Below, one piece after another: positions 13,256 through 27,900 of a stretch of 64,000 bases of DNA. The position numbers and the translations under genes are program-made. Location of the stretch: NCBI RefSeq assembly GCF_009914755.1, contig NC_060944.1. The stretch is one strand, 5' to 3'. Source of the DNA: the human T2T-CHM13v2.0 reference genome, Homo sapiens. Numbering within the stretch: position 1 is the first letter of the stretch; the number at the start of each line of letters is the position of its first letter. The notes under the pieces are model-generated. The model saw only the letters and a list, made by a program, of their open reading frames with translations, did not search any database and was not told the DNA's origin.

Positions 13256-13694
13256 GATTCCTTTGAGTTCTAATCTTATTTTTCATGTGGAATCTTCCAA
13301 AATGTTTTACTCTGCATTCCTGCCATCCCTCATGATACAGTGAGAAAAGTTGATTTTTTTTGTATACTTGAGAATGTATTGAGTCTCCAAGGGATTTGCT
13401 TGCATATCAAGTATTGGAAATTCTAGAAAATTGAGCTGATGTATCCTTACTCTAAGCCTTCTCTAAAAGCATATTTTTAGAATAAATCCTTACTGGGAGC
13501 TTTCTGTGATTTGTGTTTTCTTTTGTTTTTGTTATGTTATTCTCAAAGCAGAAGTCAAACAAACAAACTCTATTAAAATAAATATCCTTGTTAATCAAGG
13601 CTTTAGTGAACTTTGTTCCTTTTCATCATCCCAAAAAGGAACACAAAACAGTGATTTAATAATGGAACAAAAATATCACTCAGAAAAAGAAAGA

Positions 13695-13943
<249 letters not shown>

Positions 13944-14189
13944 TTACTAATTGTTTATATTATTGGAATAGAGATAATTGTACTTCATAGCCTTCAATTC
14001 TGAAAAGTATAATGGATTCATATGTAATGGACTCAAGCACACAAATTTGTGTTTATGCAAGGGGAGCCCATGTGACAATGATTCTTAGTAGTGGAGATTA
14101 GGGATCTCTTAGAGATTCTGATGTAAACTAAGAACCTTGATTCAGAAAATCACACAAATGTAAACATTCACATAGTAGACTTTTTCATG

Positions 14190-14990
14190 ATTTTTGCCTC
14201 CTCAGCACTTTATAAACACTGTTCTTTTTTTTTTTTTTTTTTGAGATAGAGTCTCACTCTGCCATCCAGGCTGGAGTACAGTGGCACAATCCCACCTCCC
14301 AGGTTCCAGTGATTCTCCTGCCTCAGCCTCCTGAGTAGCTGGGATTACAGGCATGCACCACCATGCCCAGCTAATTTTTGTATTTTTAGTAGAGATGGGG
14401 TTTTACCATGTTAGCCAGGCTGGTCTTGAACTCCCGACCTCAGGTGATCTGCCCGCCTCGGCCTCCCAAAGTGCTGGGATTACAGGCGTGAGCCACCACA
14501 CCTAGCCCAAACACTTTTCTTATGTTTGAGAATTTTTTCCCCTTCTTAATCTGCATACCTCCGGAGTAGAATCTAAAAATTCACTTCCCGTGGTTGCATC
14601 TATGACACAGACACATGGTCCATAATCAACTATTCAGGTAGATATACACAGGACATCTATTTGAAAGCAAATGATATTCAAACACATGCACTCACAGATC
14701 CACTCTGGCTAGGTTGGAGGTGAAGACATTGAGATTTCAGACACAGTAGTGCGTGGGCAGAGGTACTAGTACATTATAGTGCATGGCATCTAAGTGAGGT
14801 GCAGTGACTGTTCAGGAGTCGGGGCATCAGAGTATTCCCTGAAGCATTGTGCAGTGTAACTTTAGAGATGTTCCTAGCTGTCCAACTTTCAGCCTAATTC
14901 TTAGACCCTTTCAGAGATTCTGGGAGTCATCTGATGCCCTTCAATAAATGCTTAAATTATGTCTGCAACAGAGAACTCTGACCAATATAT
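14190..14990 (+). mobile_element. Old ERVL LTR (LTR16/33-like) hosting an Alu
   Basis: cttcaataaatgctt...tctgcaacagagaactctgaccaata LTR-type 3' end. Confidence 0.4.
14225..14507 (-). mobile_element. AluS with a short internal deletion
   Basis: Alu reverse complement with cctcaggtgatctgcccgcctcgg; TSD aaacactgttctt / aaacacttttctt. Confidence 0.93.
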
Positions 14991-15231
14991 GCATATCAAA
15001 TAAAAAAACAGATTTTGCCCTTAATTTCAAGATTTTTACAAGATCTTCTGAAGATCATGCATGGCTTAGCTCTCAGAATACATAGATGCTCATTTGTTAT
15101 ATTGTCAGTGGAGAGGTGATAGGGAATGATGCTGCATAAGGCTTCTTGGTACAGAAGAATTAACACTGAATAGAGTAAGCAGTCTTGGCCCTAGTCTTGG
15201 CTTTGCTACTATTTACCTAGTCATTGCACAG

Positions 15232-15520
15232 TAAGTGGTGTCTATGTCCCCTGTCCTGAATCTGGGCAGGATTGTGACCATTAGAATAAGGTAGCAGTGG
15301 TGCTGTGTGACTTCCAAGGCTAAGTCAAACAAGGCAACAGATACAACTTCTGCCTTGTAGCTTGGGACACCCTGAGCCACCATACAAGAAGCCTGATTAC
15401 CCAGAGGCCTCTATGCTGTGAGCAAGCCCAGACCATACAGAACAGCCATGTGAGTTGCCCCAGTTGAGAGGCTCAGCTGAGGTGCCAGTTGAAAGCCAGT
15501 AACAGCTGCCACATACAACT
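15232..15520 (+). mobile_element. MLT1 LTR fragment
   Basis: cctgaatctgggcagg...gtgacttccaaggctaagtca...ccctgagccacca. Confidence 0.7.
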
Positions 15521-16292
15521 CTATAACTTCTCATACAGATTGATACATGAGCCCAGGACATCAGGTATTACCCAGGACTGTCTTGGGAAAATTGATGTAC
15601 GGCCACCCTTTTGAGCATCTACTCTGTGCTAAGCACTTGTGCCTTCCTTTACCTCTGTGAACTCCTTAAAATGGGGTGAGGGTTGTTGAGCTAGTATATA
15701 TCACAAATCTCAGTGCCACAAGGATAAGGCAAGTAACAAAAACACATGAGACAGCTGAATTTGAGTAACAGAACATGTCAAGGACGTCAGTAAACTGAAA
15801 GGCACACACGAAGTCTAGAGGGAACAGATATTCAGCTCCCATATGTATTATCAGAAAGCAATGCAGGCACAATTATCTCCTAATACTCTGATTTTTTTTT
15901 TCAAAAGAAGTTAAAAATATACATTTTTCCATTTAAATTTAAAACGTTCTAGACAATTTTTAAGGTAGTCTTTATGGGTTGGAGGATTTCAGTGGACTCT
16001 CCAGGCTAATAGTCCAAAATAAATCAATTAATGTAAATACCCCACAACCACTCTTAGGTATCTGCTAATCCTGGCTCTCCAGCAGGCTCACTTTGGGGAT
16101 AGCTGTTATTTTTGTTAGAGGGGAAACCACTTCTATAAAAAGCCACTCTTTTGTCTCAGAATTCTAGATTGAAGGTAATTAAAGCTCCCCCCCGCCTTTT
16201 TTTTTATCTTGTGTGAAGAAGTTTTAAACTATCATGTTTAGTTATATAAATGTCCACCCAGGTGCAGGAAAAAAAATACCAATCATGAACTC

Positions 16293-16740
16293 TGTGTATT
16301 AGTCAGCTATTATTGTAAAAATGTTATGTAGCAAATACCCAAATAACTTACAACAAGCATTAATATCACAGTCATAGATTTTGGGGCTGGCTAATCTAGG
16401 CTGGGCTCAGTTGGATGGCTCTGCCTTACACTGTGAGGCAGCTAACTATGGCTTACATTCAGGTCTTCTCCCTCTGTGTTTCTTCTGAGATTCAGGGAGA
16501 AATAGCAGCATCTATCCAGCAGCAACTCTCCTCACAGCAGATCACCAGAATGCAAGAGCTAAGCCTAATTGAACAAGTTCAGCTAAGGTCTCTGTTTGCC
16601 TCACATCTGCTAATATATCACTGACCAAAGTTAAGTCACAAAGCCAAGCACACCCTCAAAGGGCCCAGAAGGACACTCCACCAACAATAGAAAGGGGAAA
16701 GAAGTGAATGCTTACTGAAACTAACCCAAACTCTCATATC
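16293..16740 (-). mobile_element. Old MLT1 LTR
   Basis: tgtattagtcagctat...ggctgggctcag...caaagttaagtcacaaagccaag. Confidence 0.6.
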
Positions 16741-17892
16741 CTACGTGTCTTTTTGAAAAGCTGGGTTCTTTTCTAAATCATCCCCGAACAACCTCTCTCT
16801 CAGGCCTCACTGGCTCCCCATGGAGCTGCTGGACTCTGGGACGTCACCCCAAGTGGATTTTGGCCTGCTGTGAGCGAAACACGTGGTGGGTGGAAGCAAA
16901 TGCCGAAGACTTGGAACTCTCAGGACAAGTGCTCTAAATTAGGAACAAAGCATTCCATGAACTACGTCAAAACTTTAAAAATAAGCCTTTCTCCATGCAC
17001 AGCTAATGACCTTGCTGAACACATTTAAAAATGTCTCATTTAAGATGTTTAAGTAATTACTCAGGAGGAGTGACCATAAGGTTTTTCCATCCCATCTGTG
17101 CCCTGCCTCTAAGCCCTCTCTTTCCCTTCATTGCCACGGGTCCTGGTTCCCTTGCAGGCTGTTCTCATGTAAGACAGCAACCTAATGTAAGAAATCTACA
17201 AATCAATCGTGCCTTTGGGTGGCTTCTTTGCTAAGAATATTGTTTTATTTACTCTGTTCTTTTCATGCCTTCTAAGGAGAAAGAAGACAACTACTGTCAC
17301 AGAGAGTATTTCTTTAAGGCTGAGCCATAGGGGACCAGAGGATAGAGAATACCTACAATGGTCTCTGATCACAAACTCCTTTAAAATATTATTTTTTAAA
17401 AGAACCATGAAACAAGGTGAACATGCTGCAAATTCAAGCCTGAGTAAATAAAAAACCCCACATAACACCTGATGTTTTGTAGGAGATGCAAAAACCAGGG
17501 TGCATAGAAAACCTAGAAGTATATATTAGTCGGAAGTAGACTGAGATAGTAGGATAGACTGACCCAGGCTCTCAAGTTTCTTATTTACTGTGTAACTCAA
17601 GATAATTGGGCTACCTCATGGTCAATCTTGGTACGTGGTTACATTCCGAAGAAACACAAGTGTCTCATCAAACAAACCAACCAAGAAATATGAAAATCTT
17701 CCATGAAGACTCAAAGAGATGTCAAAGATAGAGGCAAATTGTATTGCATAACACATCACACTCCTCTTCCCTAGCTTCTTGAAGTCCTACATCTCACAGC
17801 AACGATTTAATCAGATTTATTAATTTCAATTATTCCCATTTGTTTCTCCACAAATTTTTTTTTCTTTTTTTTTTTTTAAAAAAAAAGACCTG

Positions 17893-18200
17893 GGGCCAAG
17901 CATAACGGCTAATGCCTGTAAACCCAACAATTTGGGAGGCCAAGGCAGAAGGATTGCTTGAGGCCAGGAATTTGAGACTAGCCTGGGCAACACAGCAAGA
18001 CCTTATCTCTACCAAAAATAAAATACTTAGCTGGGCATGTTGGTGCATGACTCCTAGGTACTTAGGAGGCTGAGGGAGGATGATCACTTGAGACCAGGAA
18101 GTAGAGGCCACAGTGAGCTATGATTGCACCACTGCACTTTAGCCTGAGCAACAGAGGAAGACCCCTGTCTCAAAAAAAAAAAAAAAAAAAAAAAAAAGGA
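17893..18200 (+). mobile_element. AluJ
   Basis: ggattgcttgaggccaggaatttgagactagcctgggcaac...gtgagctatgattgcaccactgcac plus polyA. Confidence 0.92.
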
Positions 18201-18409
18201 AAAAAACAGCAACCTGGGACCTAAACAGATACACAAAGGATGCACTGGAAGGTAGAGAGTCAGTGAATATGTATCAGTAGAATGTATGCCTTGGTCACAC
18301 TTGCTAGGGTCAATTTCCATACCTCAGACAAGCATTTGCTCTCATGTTGGGTCCAGAGCTCCCCTGGTTGGACATTGTATTCAAAGCCACGCTCCAGTTT
18401 AAAAAATAG

Positions 18410-18615
18410 AATTGAGGCCTAAAGGCTTTGGTTCTAACCCCAGTCCCATCACTTAACTAGCTGTTTGCACTTGGACAAGTTACTTTGTTTTTATGAACCT
18501 ATTTCTTCAACTATAAAACAGGAATTTAAAAAAATCCTACCTCAAGGTATCATCATCAGGATTAAATGATATCATGGAAATGAAACCTGGACACAAGTGG
18601 GGACTCAACAAGGCT
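18410..18615 (+). mobile_element. MIR
   Basis: ggttctaaccccag...cacttaactagctg...ttggacaagttactt...aggattaaatga. Confidence 0.7.
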
Positions 18616-18733
18616 GTGTGAATTCTGCACAACAGTGAGGTTTAGAAAGTGCTTTGATCACCTAGATACGCCATTTTTCAAATTTCTCTTTTATTTATAT
18701 TCATCCCCTAAAATTATATTAAGGCTTCCTTAC

Positions 18734-19100
18734 TGCTGTGGACTGAATGCTCCACAGCCTGCCACAAATTCACACATTGCAATCTAAATCCCCAATGTGA
18801 TGGTATTTGGAGGTCAGGACTTTGGAAGGCAATTAGGTCATAAGAGTGGAGCCTTCATGATAGGATTTGTGCCACTATAAGAAGAGGCACAATAGAGATG
18901 ATCTCTCTCAGCCAAGGTGACAATACAGCAGGAAGGTGCCATCTGCAAACCAGGAAGAGCATCCTCACCAGACACCAAATCTGCTGGCACCTGGATCCTG
19001 GAACCCATCCCAGTCTCCAGAACTATGAGAAATAAACGTTAGTCATTTAAGCCACTCAGTCTATGGTATTTTATTACAAAAGCCTGAGCCGAGTAAGACA
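18734..19100 (+). mobile_element. MLT1A/MSTD-like solo LTR
   Basis: tgctgtggactgaatg...cagacaccaaatctgctggcacc...ctccagaactatgagaaataaa...taagaca. Confidence 0.85.
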
Positions 19101-20143
19101 GACTCATATAGTGCCAGTCCACTGAAGTGTCTTTTGAATTTCTATAGGTAGGACATCCAGCCTTGATTTCTTTTCCACATGTGATGAGGACAAGTTAGTT
19201 AAAAAGATGACAGAGGATGACTTGGGCTACCCTAGATGATCCTTTCTCAGGAAAGAATGACAAATCCCAAGGAACCAGGTACCTGCTTTCTGAGACACTT
19301 CCTCCACTCCTCAGTCCCATTCATATGTTTGCCCTGTTGGTGGCTTTTATAAAGTTTATTGAGCTTTAGTTTGTCTCTGCCTGCCTTTATTGACTATTTA
19401 AACATGCCTGAAACATCTGGTCCCCTGAGAGCTTTTACCAAGGTCTCTGGAGTACAGATTAGGTTGTCATTTGTCCAATTTGTTGTCAAATTCAAAAGAA
19501 GTTCTTCTAAACTGAGGGGATTCAGGACAGCTGCATGGACTCATCTGTGAGCACCCACTGAGAGGGTAAAGGAGGTTGAAATTAAGCCCTGAGTCATGAC
19601 ACTGGGTTGAAGCATGGTGAGAGGGATGTCTTCTTTGTAAGTTGACTGCCTGGGGGAAATGCTTTTTTTTTAATCTGGTGATTCTCAAAGGTCCTGCAGG
19701 GCTGGCTGCAGTCCTAAGGACTTTTAGTACACCTTCTGATTGTTCATCTGAGAAAATTGAGACTGGAACTTATCAGAACTCCTTAGAGGGAAGATATTAC
19801 TATATGGACAAGATCTATAATTGCTCTCAAGGCTTTTCATGGAAGCTATTATCTATCCAAGAGAGAAAAAAACTCAGCTAATGTCCACAGTCCAAGCTAA
19901 CATATTGAGTAAAGGGCCTCAGAAAAAGTAAAAGAAATATACGCCATTTTAAAACTACAAAAGTTAGTCTTCACAGGAGATTCAAGTTGTCAAGAATTGG
20001 TGGTTTCATTTCATTCGCTTAAGTTATTTAACAAAACAGGATATTTATCAAAACAAAATAGTGTCTTCACACTATTAGACATTCTCCTCTATTAAGACAA
20101 TAGCCATCTGCTGGAGTCATATGTTTACTAGGACAAGAATTTT

Positions 20144-20447
20144 TGGTGGGGTGTGGTGGTTGACGCCTGTAATCTCAGCACTTTAAGAGACTGAGGCAGG
20201 CGGGCGACTTGAGGCCAGGAGTTTGAGACCAGCCTGGCCAACATGGCAAAACTTCATCCTTACTAAAAATACAAAAATTAGCTGGGCATGGTGGCGTGTG
20301 CATATAGTCTTAGCTATTTGGGAGATTGAGGCACAAGAATTACTTGAACTTGGGAGTGGGAGGTTGCAAGGAGCTGAGATTGAGCCACTGTACTCCAGCC
20401 TGGGCAACAGAGTGAGACTCTATCTCAAAAAAAAAAAAAAAAAAAAA
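20144..20447 (+). mobile_element. AluS/Jb
   Basis: Full dimeric Alu with polyA; flanking aagaatt repeat. Confidence 0.92.
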
Positions 20448-20844
20448 GAATTATTTCTCATTCTACACCTGCATTATTGACCATTTCAATACATGTTTGT
20501 AAACTGAAATGTCTTCTCAGGCTTGATAATGTGTCAAACTCTTCTTCAATATAGAAAGAAAAGTTCAGCAAAGAGATCTATTATCAAAGTTGCCATGTTC
20601 CTTAGATATTTATGTTTGCTTCTTGCACTAGAGTCTGAATCCCCATCTCCCACCACTGAGTGTGGATATTACCCTGATTCTTTTCCAGTGCCTGATTTAG
20701 ATGGATACTAAATAAATGCTTCCTGTTTTAATGAATGAATAAACTAAAGTTATGTCATTACATTGTCTTTCTTTTCAAACCTTGATGTGAAATTTGTTCT
20801 ATGTTGGCCTGGCAGGAAAGACTTCTTAATGCTGGAATTCTCAC

Positions 20845-21070
20845 ATAATATAAGTTATAGTATATTCCATATACTGTATAATAGTATATGTTACAAATGA
20901 TTATACTATACAATAACATACTATTATTATAATATAATAATAAGAAGGAATGTATTCTTGCTGGTGAAAAATGTTTTTTATATACACATATTTGAATGTG
21001 TGTTTTATGTTTGTTATACTCTTTATATAATACACTTTATAAAACACACACACACAAACATATATATATG
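20845..21070. repeat. AT-rich low complexity with short (CA)n and (TA)n
   Basis: tataataacatactattattataatataataataa; cacacacac; tatatata. Confidence 0.6.
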
Positions 21071-21264
21071 AAGATTTTCTGTTACTTTATCATGATCCCT
21101 AACAAATAAATAGCCTTGTCTAGCCATTGTTCGGAATTGGGAAGTAGACAAAATTTCTCATTGCTTTCAATTGATGAGACAGATGTCCCAAGTATTGTCT
21201 TTCCTGTTCAAGTAGACATAACCTGGTAAATGTATGCATTTTAACACAATAAGGATGCTTCTCT

Positions 21265-21400
21265 AGACCATTTTTCCTTGAAGCGTGGTCCATGGACATC
21301 ATCTGGGGACTTGATAGAAGTGTAGAATATTGCCCCTATCCTAGACCTACTGAATTAGAATCCACATTTTAATAAGATTCTGGGTTAGAAGAACATGGTT
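21265..21400. mobile_element. MER5-type hAT MITE fragment
   Basis: gtggtccatggac...agacctactgaattagaatc...cattttaataagatt. Confidence 0.6.
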
Positions 21401-22794
21401 AAACCAAAATTTGGAGACCTCAATGACTGCTCAGCTATACCGTGGGAGGTAGTCAATGCCTACGACAAGGAAGTCCCTACTATCCCTCCCAGTTCCTGCA
21501 TCTTCCTCCTTGAATTTGCAATAGATGGGAGGGCAGTCATTCCTAAACCCATCCTTTTCTCTCAGAACTGGTGACTGGGGCAAAATATGTGCTTTAAGTG
21601 GAATGAATAATAAAATATTAACCCTTCATGAATTTGTGAAAATATTTCATCCTATGTTTGTTTTCTGGGCTTGTCAGCCTGGGCTCTCCTTCTTAGAATG
21701 AAGTCACTATTTATCTTGCTCTTATGCTCAACCTTGAACAGAGTGCTTATGAACATTTAGTTTTTAGTGTTTTCTAAAGATGATGACGATAATGATAATG
21801 ACAGTGATGGTAATGATATGCTGAGAGTGCTTCAAATGCCTCCTCCTAATCATTCTCAACAATCTGCTTAGAATTCTAAGTAACCAGTGATTTTCAAACC
21901 AAGACCTGCAGAGGCCTAGGTGCTGGGTCACTGCAAGGGGAGAGGAAGGCAGGAGGTAGGATGGCTGAATGGCATGGCTGACCCACAGGGACTGAGGTTA
22001 AGTTCCAGAGGATGGGGGACACAAACCCGAGCATCTTTACTTTCATCTGCTTTTACATATTGAAGCCTGGCAAAGCCATTTTTTTAACATAAATTTCTGA
22101 GGACCTAATATTCTCCTACTAAAGCAACCTAGATTACTACTGTGATCCATAATTAGTATATCTTGAAATACTTAGTATTCATATTTTCCTGGGAAGGAAA
22201 GAGAAACATTTAAGAGAATAAAAAATTATATTTTGGCTTGAAGCATATTCTTCAATCCATGCAGGTTGATAGACTTTGTTTGCATATTTCAAATTCAGAC
22301 TTAGGTTTTAGTAATACCATGAGATGTTATGATGAGGGAAATCCAGTACTGACAACATTTTAAAAGTTTTAAAGGCCCTGAATTCTTTGAAAGAACCTGG
22401 AACACACAACCAAGAAATGTCATGGGAGAGTCTCCTTGTACGGGTACATTCTGGGAAGGGTGATGAAAAGAAAAAAATCTCCTTGGAATGTGTTAAATTC
22501 AGTTTAGTCTGGCATCAAAGGAATGGGCTAGATACTCATTAGTGACCTGATCTATTACAATAATTCTACACTTCCAAGTTTACTTTTGAATTCCTGAGGT
22601 AGAAATCCATTTTAGTTGAGAACTACAAAACTGGCAAATTAATTGTATTGACAACAAACCCAAATTTCCAATCTTTCCATTGTCCATTCCTTTTGCCATC
22701 ACTTGGATTCATAATCTTTTCAATCCTTAGAAACACATTGAAATAAGAAGGAACAGGAATTATATTCATTTCAAAATTGTTCCTAGGTTATGTG

Positions 22795-23845
22795 TGTGGC
22801 AGACTATATTTTCCAAAGACAACCAGCAGATCTTGCTCCTACAGTGTGATGGTGACACCACTTCCATCCGATAGGGGACTTATGTCCTTTTCCCTTGAAC
22901 CTGGGCAGACCTTTTGTGACTGCCTTGATCAACAGGGTATGGAGGAAGTGACACTATGAGATTTTCAAGACCAAGTCAAAAAATACTGGCACTCAATTCT
23001 GCCTTGGTCTCCTTGATCACTAGCTCTTGCGAATGCACCTGCCATGCTCCGAGGAAGTCCAAGCCATGTGGGTAGACCACATGTAGGTATCCCAGCTTAC
23101 AACCTCAGTGGAGCTTCCAGCCAACAACCAGCATCTACCACCAGACATGTTCCTCAGGGAGCCTTTACATGACTCCAGCATCAACCACAATTTGACTGCA
23201 GCCTATAGAGGAAGAAAAATATCATTTCCTTCTACCCATCTTAGGTTATTGGCTGAAGGCCTTGTAACAAAAGACAGATGAACAAGAGAAAAACGTGCAT
23301 TTTTATGCAATATAAGTTTTACATGTCATGGGAGCCTTCATTAGGAAATGAAGACTAGAGAAAGCAGCTAAACATGGGTGTTTGTATGGTAGGTTTCGTG
23401 AAGAATGGAAAGTAATGGAGAAATATGACAGGATGAAAAGAAGAGTCTGAGCTAACTGGAGAAAACGGCAAGATGTGTTTGTTCAGATTCTTGTTGGCAT
23501 CCCTTATCTTGGAGGTAAAGATGTTCCTTTACTCTGGGTATAGGGAGGACACCTCTCACATGAGGGTCTTATGACCTGCTTCAAGGGAGAAGGGTAGGGG
23601 AACGTCAGAGAGGCCTTCCTGCACATGCTGTTTCTCAAATTATTTCAGCTTAAAATGTTTAATATGCCAAGGTGCCATATTTTGGAATAGCATGTCACAA
23701 ACTCCATCAAGATCCATGACATACCCCACCAAGCTGAACCCCAGTCAACTCTCAAAACCATGAGAGATAAGAAGAAAATGCTTAGAGTTGGTTTAAGCTA
23801 TTGATTTTGGAGTGATTTATTACACAGCAAAAGAGAAGTTAACAC
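22795..23845 (+). mobile_element. MLT1 LTR split by a MER34-like LTR
   Basis: tgtggcagactatattttcc...cccttgaacctgggcagacc; 3' part aagctgaaccccagtcaac...tttattacacagca resumes after 23709. Confidence 0.7.
23206..23709 (-). mobile_element. ERV1 solo LTR, MER34-like
   Basis: Reverse strand starts tgatggagtttgtgacatgctattccaaaatatggcaccttggcatatt...ttttaagctgaa...tgagaaacagca. Confidence 0.7.
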
Positions 23846-24594
23846 TCTGTTAACTAGGGCAGAAGACCCTGTGATCCTGAATGGTCAACTAAATTTTCTT
23901 CCCTGAATGATTATCTCATCATTAGAAGTAGATGGTATTAATTTTAGGCCTTAATAGCCTTCATTTCCTAAGGGAGCTGCTGGACTTAGTTTATAAACCA
24001 AACACATCATTCTACCCTCAAAACCAGCACCTCTTTCCAACTTTCCTACTGCTGTTAATGACACCAATTTTCCAGGCACTTCAGGATCATCTCTGACTAG
24101 AAATGTCTCCATTTTCAGCATATTAACCACTCAGTTATCAAGGTCTTTTGATACTTTATATTTGCAATGTCTTCTAAATTCAGATACGAAAATTTCTCTA
24201 GCAACTTTCAGCCTGTTGACCTCCTGCCTCCACATCCCCAGTCCTACCACCAGAATAGCCTTTTTACACATTACATTGATCATGTCATTCTATTGCCCCC
24301 CAAATCCCCTCTCCTGCAAACAGTTCCACTACTTAAACTAGTGTTGCAGACTAATGTACTGATAAGGGCTAATCAAGTAATGGGAATGAGTAAATTAGGG
24401 CATGTGTAAGACAATAATGAGTGAGGGAATTGCAGTAAACTAGATTATGCATTTCTCATCTAAGAGAAGTAGAATCGCCCAGGTCACAATTGTTCTCAAA
24501 CAGAAATGCAGGCCCAGTATTTTCACATCATGTGATTTTTTTTCAAGGGAAGATGGCATATTTCTATGAGATATCACCCATCAGATGTTGGCAT

Positions 24595-25115
24595 CTGAGT
24601 CAGTCCGTTTTTACTGGGTAATACACCATTCCAAAACATAGCTTAAGGCAGCAAACTTTTACATAGTGGATGATTCTACAGATTAGCAGTTTGGGCTGGA
24701 CTCAACTGGGTAGCTTTTCTGATCTTAGCAGGGTTTCCTTTTAGATCTGTGGTTTTTTGCTATGTTGGATTGGGGAAGGGATCAGTTCTTTTAGGAAAGG
24801 GTCAGCCATGAGGGCTTGTCTTTGCTCCATAAGTCTCTCATGCTCCAGCAGACTAGCCTGGCTTTATTCATACAGCAGAGTCAAGGTTCCAAAAATAATT
24901 GGAAACAGCCAAGGCCTTTTGAAGCCTAAGCTTGAAACTAGCACAGCATCATTTCCTCTGCATTCTATTGTGCAAAGCAAATCACAAGACTAGTTCTGAT
25001 TCACCTAGTGGAGAAATTGACTACATGTATTGAGGGGAGGAGATAAAAAGTTACATTGTAGAGTGAATGGATATTGGAAGTAGAAAAGGATTAGGATCTT
25101 TCCCACAGTCTGCCA
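24595..25115 (-). mobile_element. MLT1 LTR
   Basis: agcagtttgggctggactcaactggg...cattctattgtgcaaagcaaatcacaagac. Confidence 0.65.
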
Positions 25116-25658
25116 AAATATTTTTTTAAACTTTAAGAGATTCCTGCTAAAAAGAATATGAATCAAAATTATATGTCTCCACTTGGCTACCTGTGCTTCC
25201 CTCTTATGCCCTCACTCATAGAGCCACACTTTTCTCTTACCCTTTCTCTTTCTCCTTGCCATTATTAATGCATTGGCTCCAAGCACAGTTCCATGCAGGT
25301 CATTTGTCCTTCATACCTGCCCTGTTCATTTTCATATTTGAATGTGAATCCTTTGCTCACTCATTAGGAATGGCTTTTATTACCTCTTCTGTAGTTCATT
25401 TTCTCATTTCCTCAAAAGCTTCCTCAAATCTCTGCATTTCCATGAAGCATTCTTTAAATGCATCATATTTAATCTCACCCATTCATTACATTAGCTCGTG
25501 GGGGTTTTTTTGCACGTTATTTATACTTTGATTGACACTACTTTATATTGTTCTTTAATATTTTTGCTTGTGAATGCTTTGTTTTCTCACCAAAATTATA
25601 AGTTTTTAGAATAACAAAACCATGCAATTTTTTCATGTAGTAATCACAAATTGGGATA

Positions 25659-26180
25659 TGTATTATCAATTAGCTATTGCTGAGTAACAAATAGTCCCAC
25701 ACTAAATGATTTAATTATACCCATATAGTTAGTTCACAGTTCTGTGAGCTAGCAATTTAGGGTAGACTTAGCTGAATGATTCTCCTTGTTCTAGCCAGGT
25801 CCCCTCATATGGGTTGGTTTTGCTAATCTTGCTGTATTCTCCCACATGTCTGAGTCCTCAGCTGGATGAAATGGACAAATTTGTCTGTGATCCACATATT
25901 CTCTCTTCCTCTAGCTTAGGCTTGCTCACCATGTCACAGCTAGGAAGAGTGGCAAGAAAATGAGTGAAAACTGCCAAGGCTTATTGAGCCTAGGCTGAGA
26001 ACTGGCAAATTGTTACTTCTTTGAATTCTGTTGATTAAAGGAAGTCACAGGGCCAGCCCAGATTTAAGGAAGGAGAATATAGACTCTTGTCTTAAGAGGA
26101 GAAGCTAATATCACATTGCAAAGAGATTTTGATACAGAGAGGAGAGTAGTTGCAGGCATTTTTACAAATAATCTACCAAA
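25659..26180 (-). mobile_element. MLT1 LTR
   Basis: tgtattatcaattagctattgctgagtaacaaa...gaagtcacagggccagcccagatttaagg...aatctacca. Confidence 0.7.
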
Positions 26181-26189
26181 TAATGCTGG

Positions 26190-26762
26190 CCTGGCTCCTA
26201 TGGATCCTTGGAGGAACCACATCTGTTTATCCTTCTCATTGTGTGGAATTTCTCTTTCCTCAATTTGAGCTATGTCATTAGTGTAAAAATTGTATCTTCT
26301 TCCATAATCAATGCTCCTCTGGACAAAATAATTGGATAAAGGCTGGCCTCCTGTCCCAAATATGTTGATCACAATAAGTTATCTACCATTTTTCCTCCTG
26401 ATTCCTGTAACAGTGACCTCTAAGACTGGTCTAGAGATGTGCATACAATCTAAGCTTTTCCAGTGAGAATACTTCTCCAGGGCTTTTATTATTACAACTG
26501 GTGATAAAAAGCTACGTTTTTCTCCTTTGTTCTTGGACTAAGAGCCCAGCCCTGCCATCACCCATGTGCCCAGCTGCATAAAGAAGCCTGCCTTCAGTAG
26601 AAAAGCTAAAACTCAGAGAAAGCAGAGCTGATGATGTCCAGGTCCCTGCTGTAGCTTCTTTTCTACAGATTACTTATGCAGAAGATAAATTTTTCTGGTT
26701 TCGCTTGTGCTGGTTCAAATTGAGTTTCTCTCACTTGAAAGCAGAGAATCCTGACAAATACA
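26190..26762 (+). mobile_element. Old MaLR LTR (MLT1J/K-like)
   Basis: 3' terminus ttgagtttctctcacttgaaagcagagaatcctgacaaataca. Confidence 0.5.
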
Positions 26763-26849
26763 TTAGGAGTATCCTTCATAATCCAGCACAGTGCTAGGTC
26801 CACCATGGGTTATTTAATAAATACATGTTAAATACAAATAGAAAATAAT

Positions 26850-27900
26850 ATGACGTGATACTATACAACCCAAAAGAATGACTAAATTTTTAAAAGACAG
26901 ACAATACCAATGTCAGTAAAGATGTAGAGCAATTGGGACTTTTATACAGTGCTGGTGAAAATAAAAATTAACACAACCATTTTGAAAACCTCTTTGGTAG
27001 TATCTAGTAAAGCTGGCTATATCTGTGCTGCACTCTAGGACCCAGTGATTCTAACTCTAAGCATACATACAGCAATACTGTAAAGATATGTTCAATAAGA
27101 CATATATAAGAAAACACTACTCATAGTAGCCCAAACTAGAAACAACCCAAAAGTCCATCAATAGTAGAATAAATAAATTGTAGCATATTCTTACAATAAA
27201 ATACTATACAGCAATCAAAATGAATGCACCACAGTTAATGTAACAAACATAGATGAATCTCAAAAACATAATGATATGATTTGGCTGTGTCCCCACCCAA
27301 GTCTCATCTTGAATTGTTGTTCCCATAATCTCCATGTGTCATGGGAGGGACCCAGGAGAGGTCATTGAATCATGGGGGTGATTACCTCCTTGCTTGTTCT
27401 TGTGATAGTGAGAGTGAGTTCTCACGGTATCCAATGATTTCATAAGGGGCTTCCCCACTACTTTGCTCTGCACTTCTCCTTGCTGCTGCCATGTGGAGAA
27501 GGATTTGTTTGCTTCCCCTTCTGCCATGATTGTAAGTTTCCTGAGATCTCCCCAGCCCTGTAAAACGGTGAGTCAGTTAAACCTCTTTTTTAAACAAATT
27601 ACCCAGTCTTGGGTGCGTCCTTTATAGCAGCATGAGAATGGACTAATACACATGATATTGAGCAAAAGAAGTCAAATACAAAAGAGTACATCCTGTATGA
27701 TTTTATTTATAGAGTACAAAACAGGAGAAACTAATTTTCACTGCTAGAAATTAGAATAGGCATTATCCTTGTGGGGGAGTTGTTACTGGAAACAGAACAA
27801 GGGCCTTCTATACTGGCTCCATGGGTGCATAAACTTATGATTTGTGCACTATTCTATATGTATGTTAAACATCAATCTAAAGTTTACTTAAATAAATTGA
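26850..27900 (+). mobile_element. L1ME/MD 3' region split by THE1
   Basis: aaagatgtagagcaattgg, aaacaacccaaaagtccatcaatagtagaat, tgagcaaaagaagtcaaatacaaaagagtaca. Confidence 0.8.
27272..27650 (+). mobile_element. THE1D-like solo LTR
   Basis: tgatatgatttggctgtgtccccaccc...ggactaataca; 5 bp TSD cataa/catga. Confidence 0.9.
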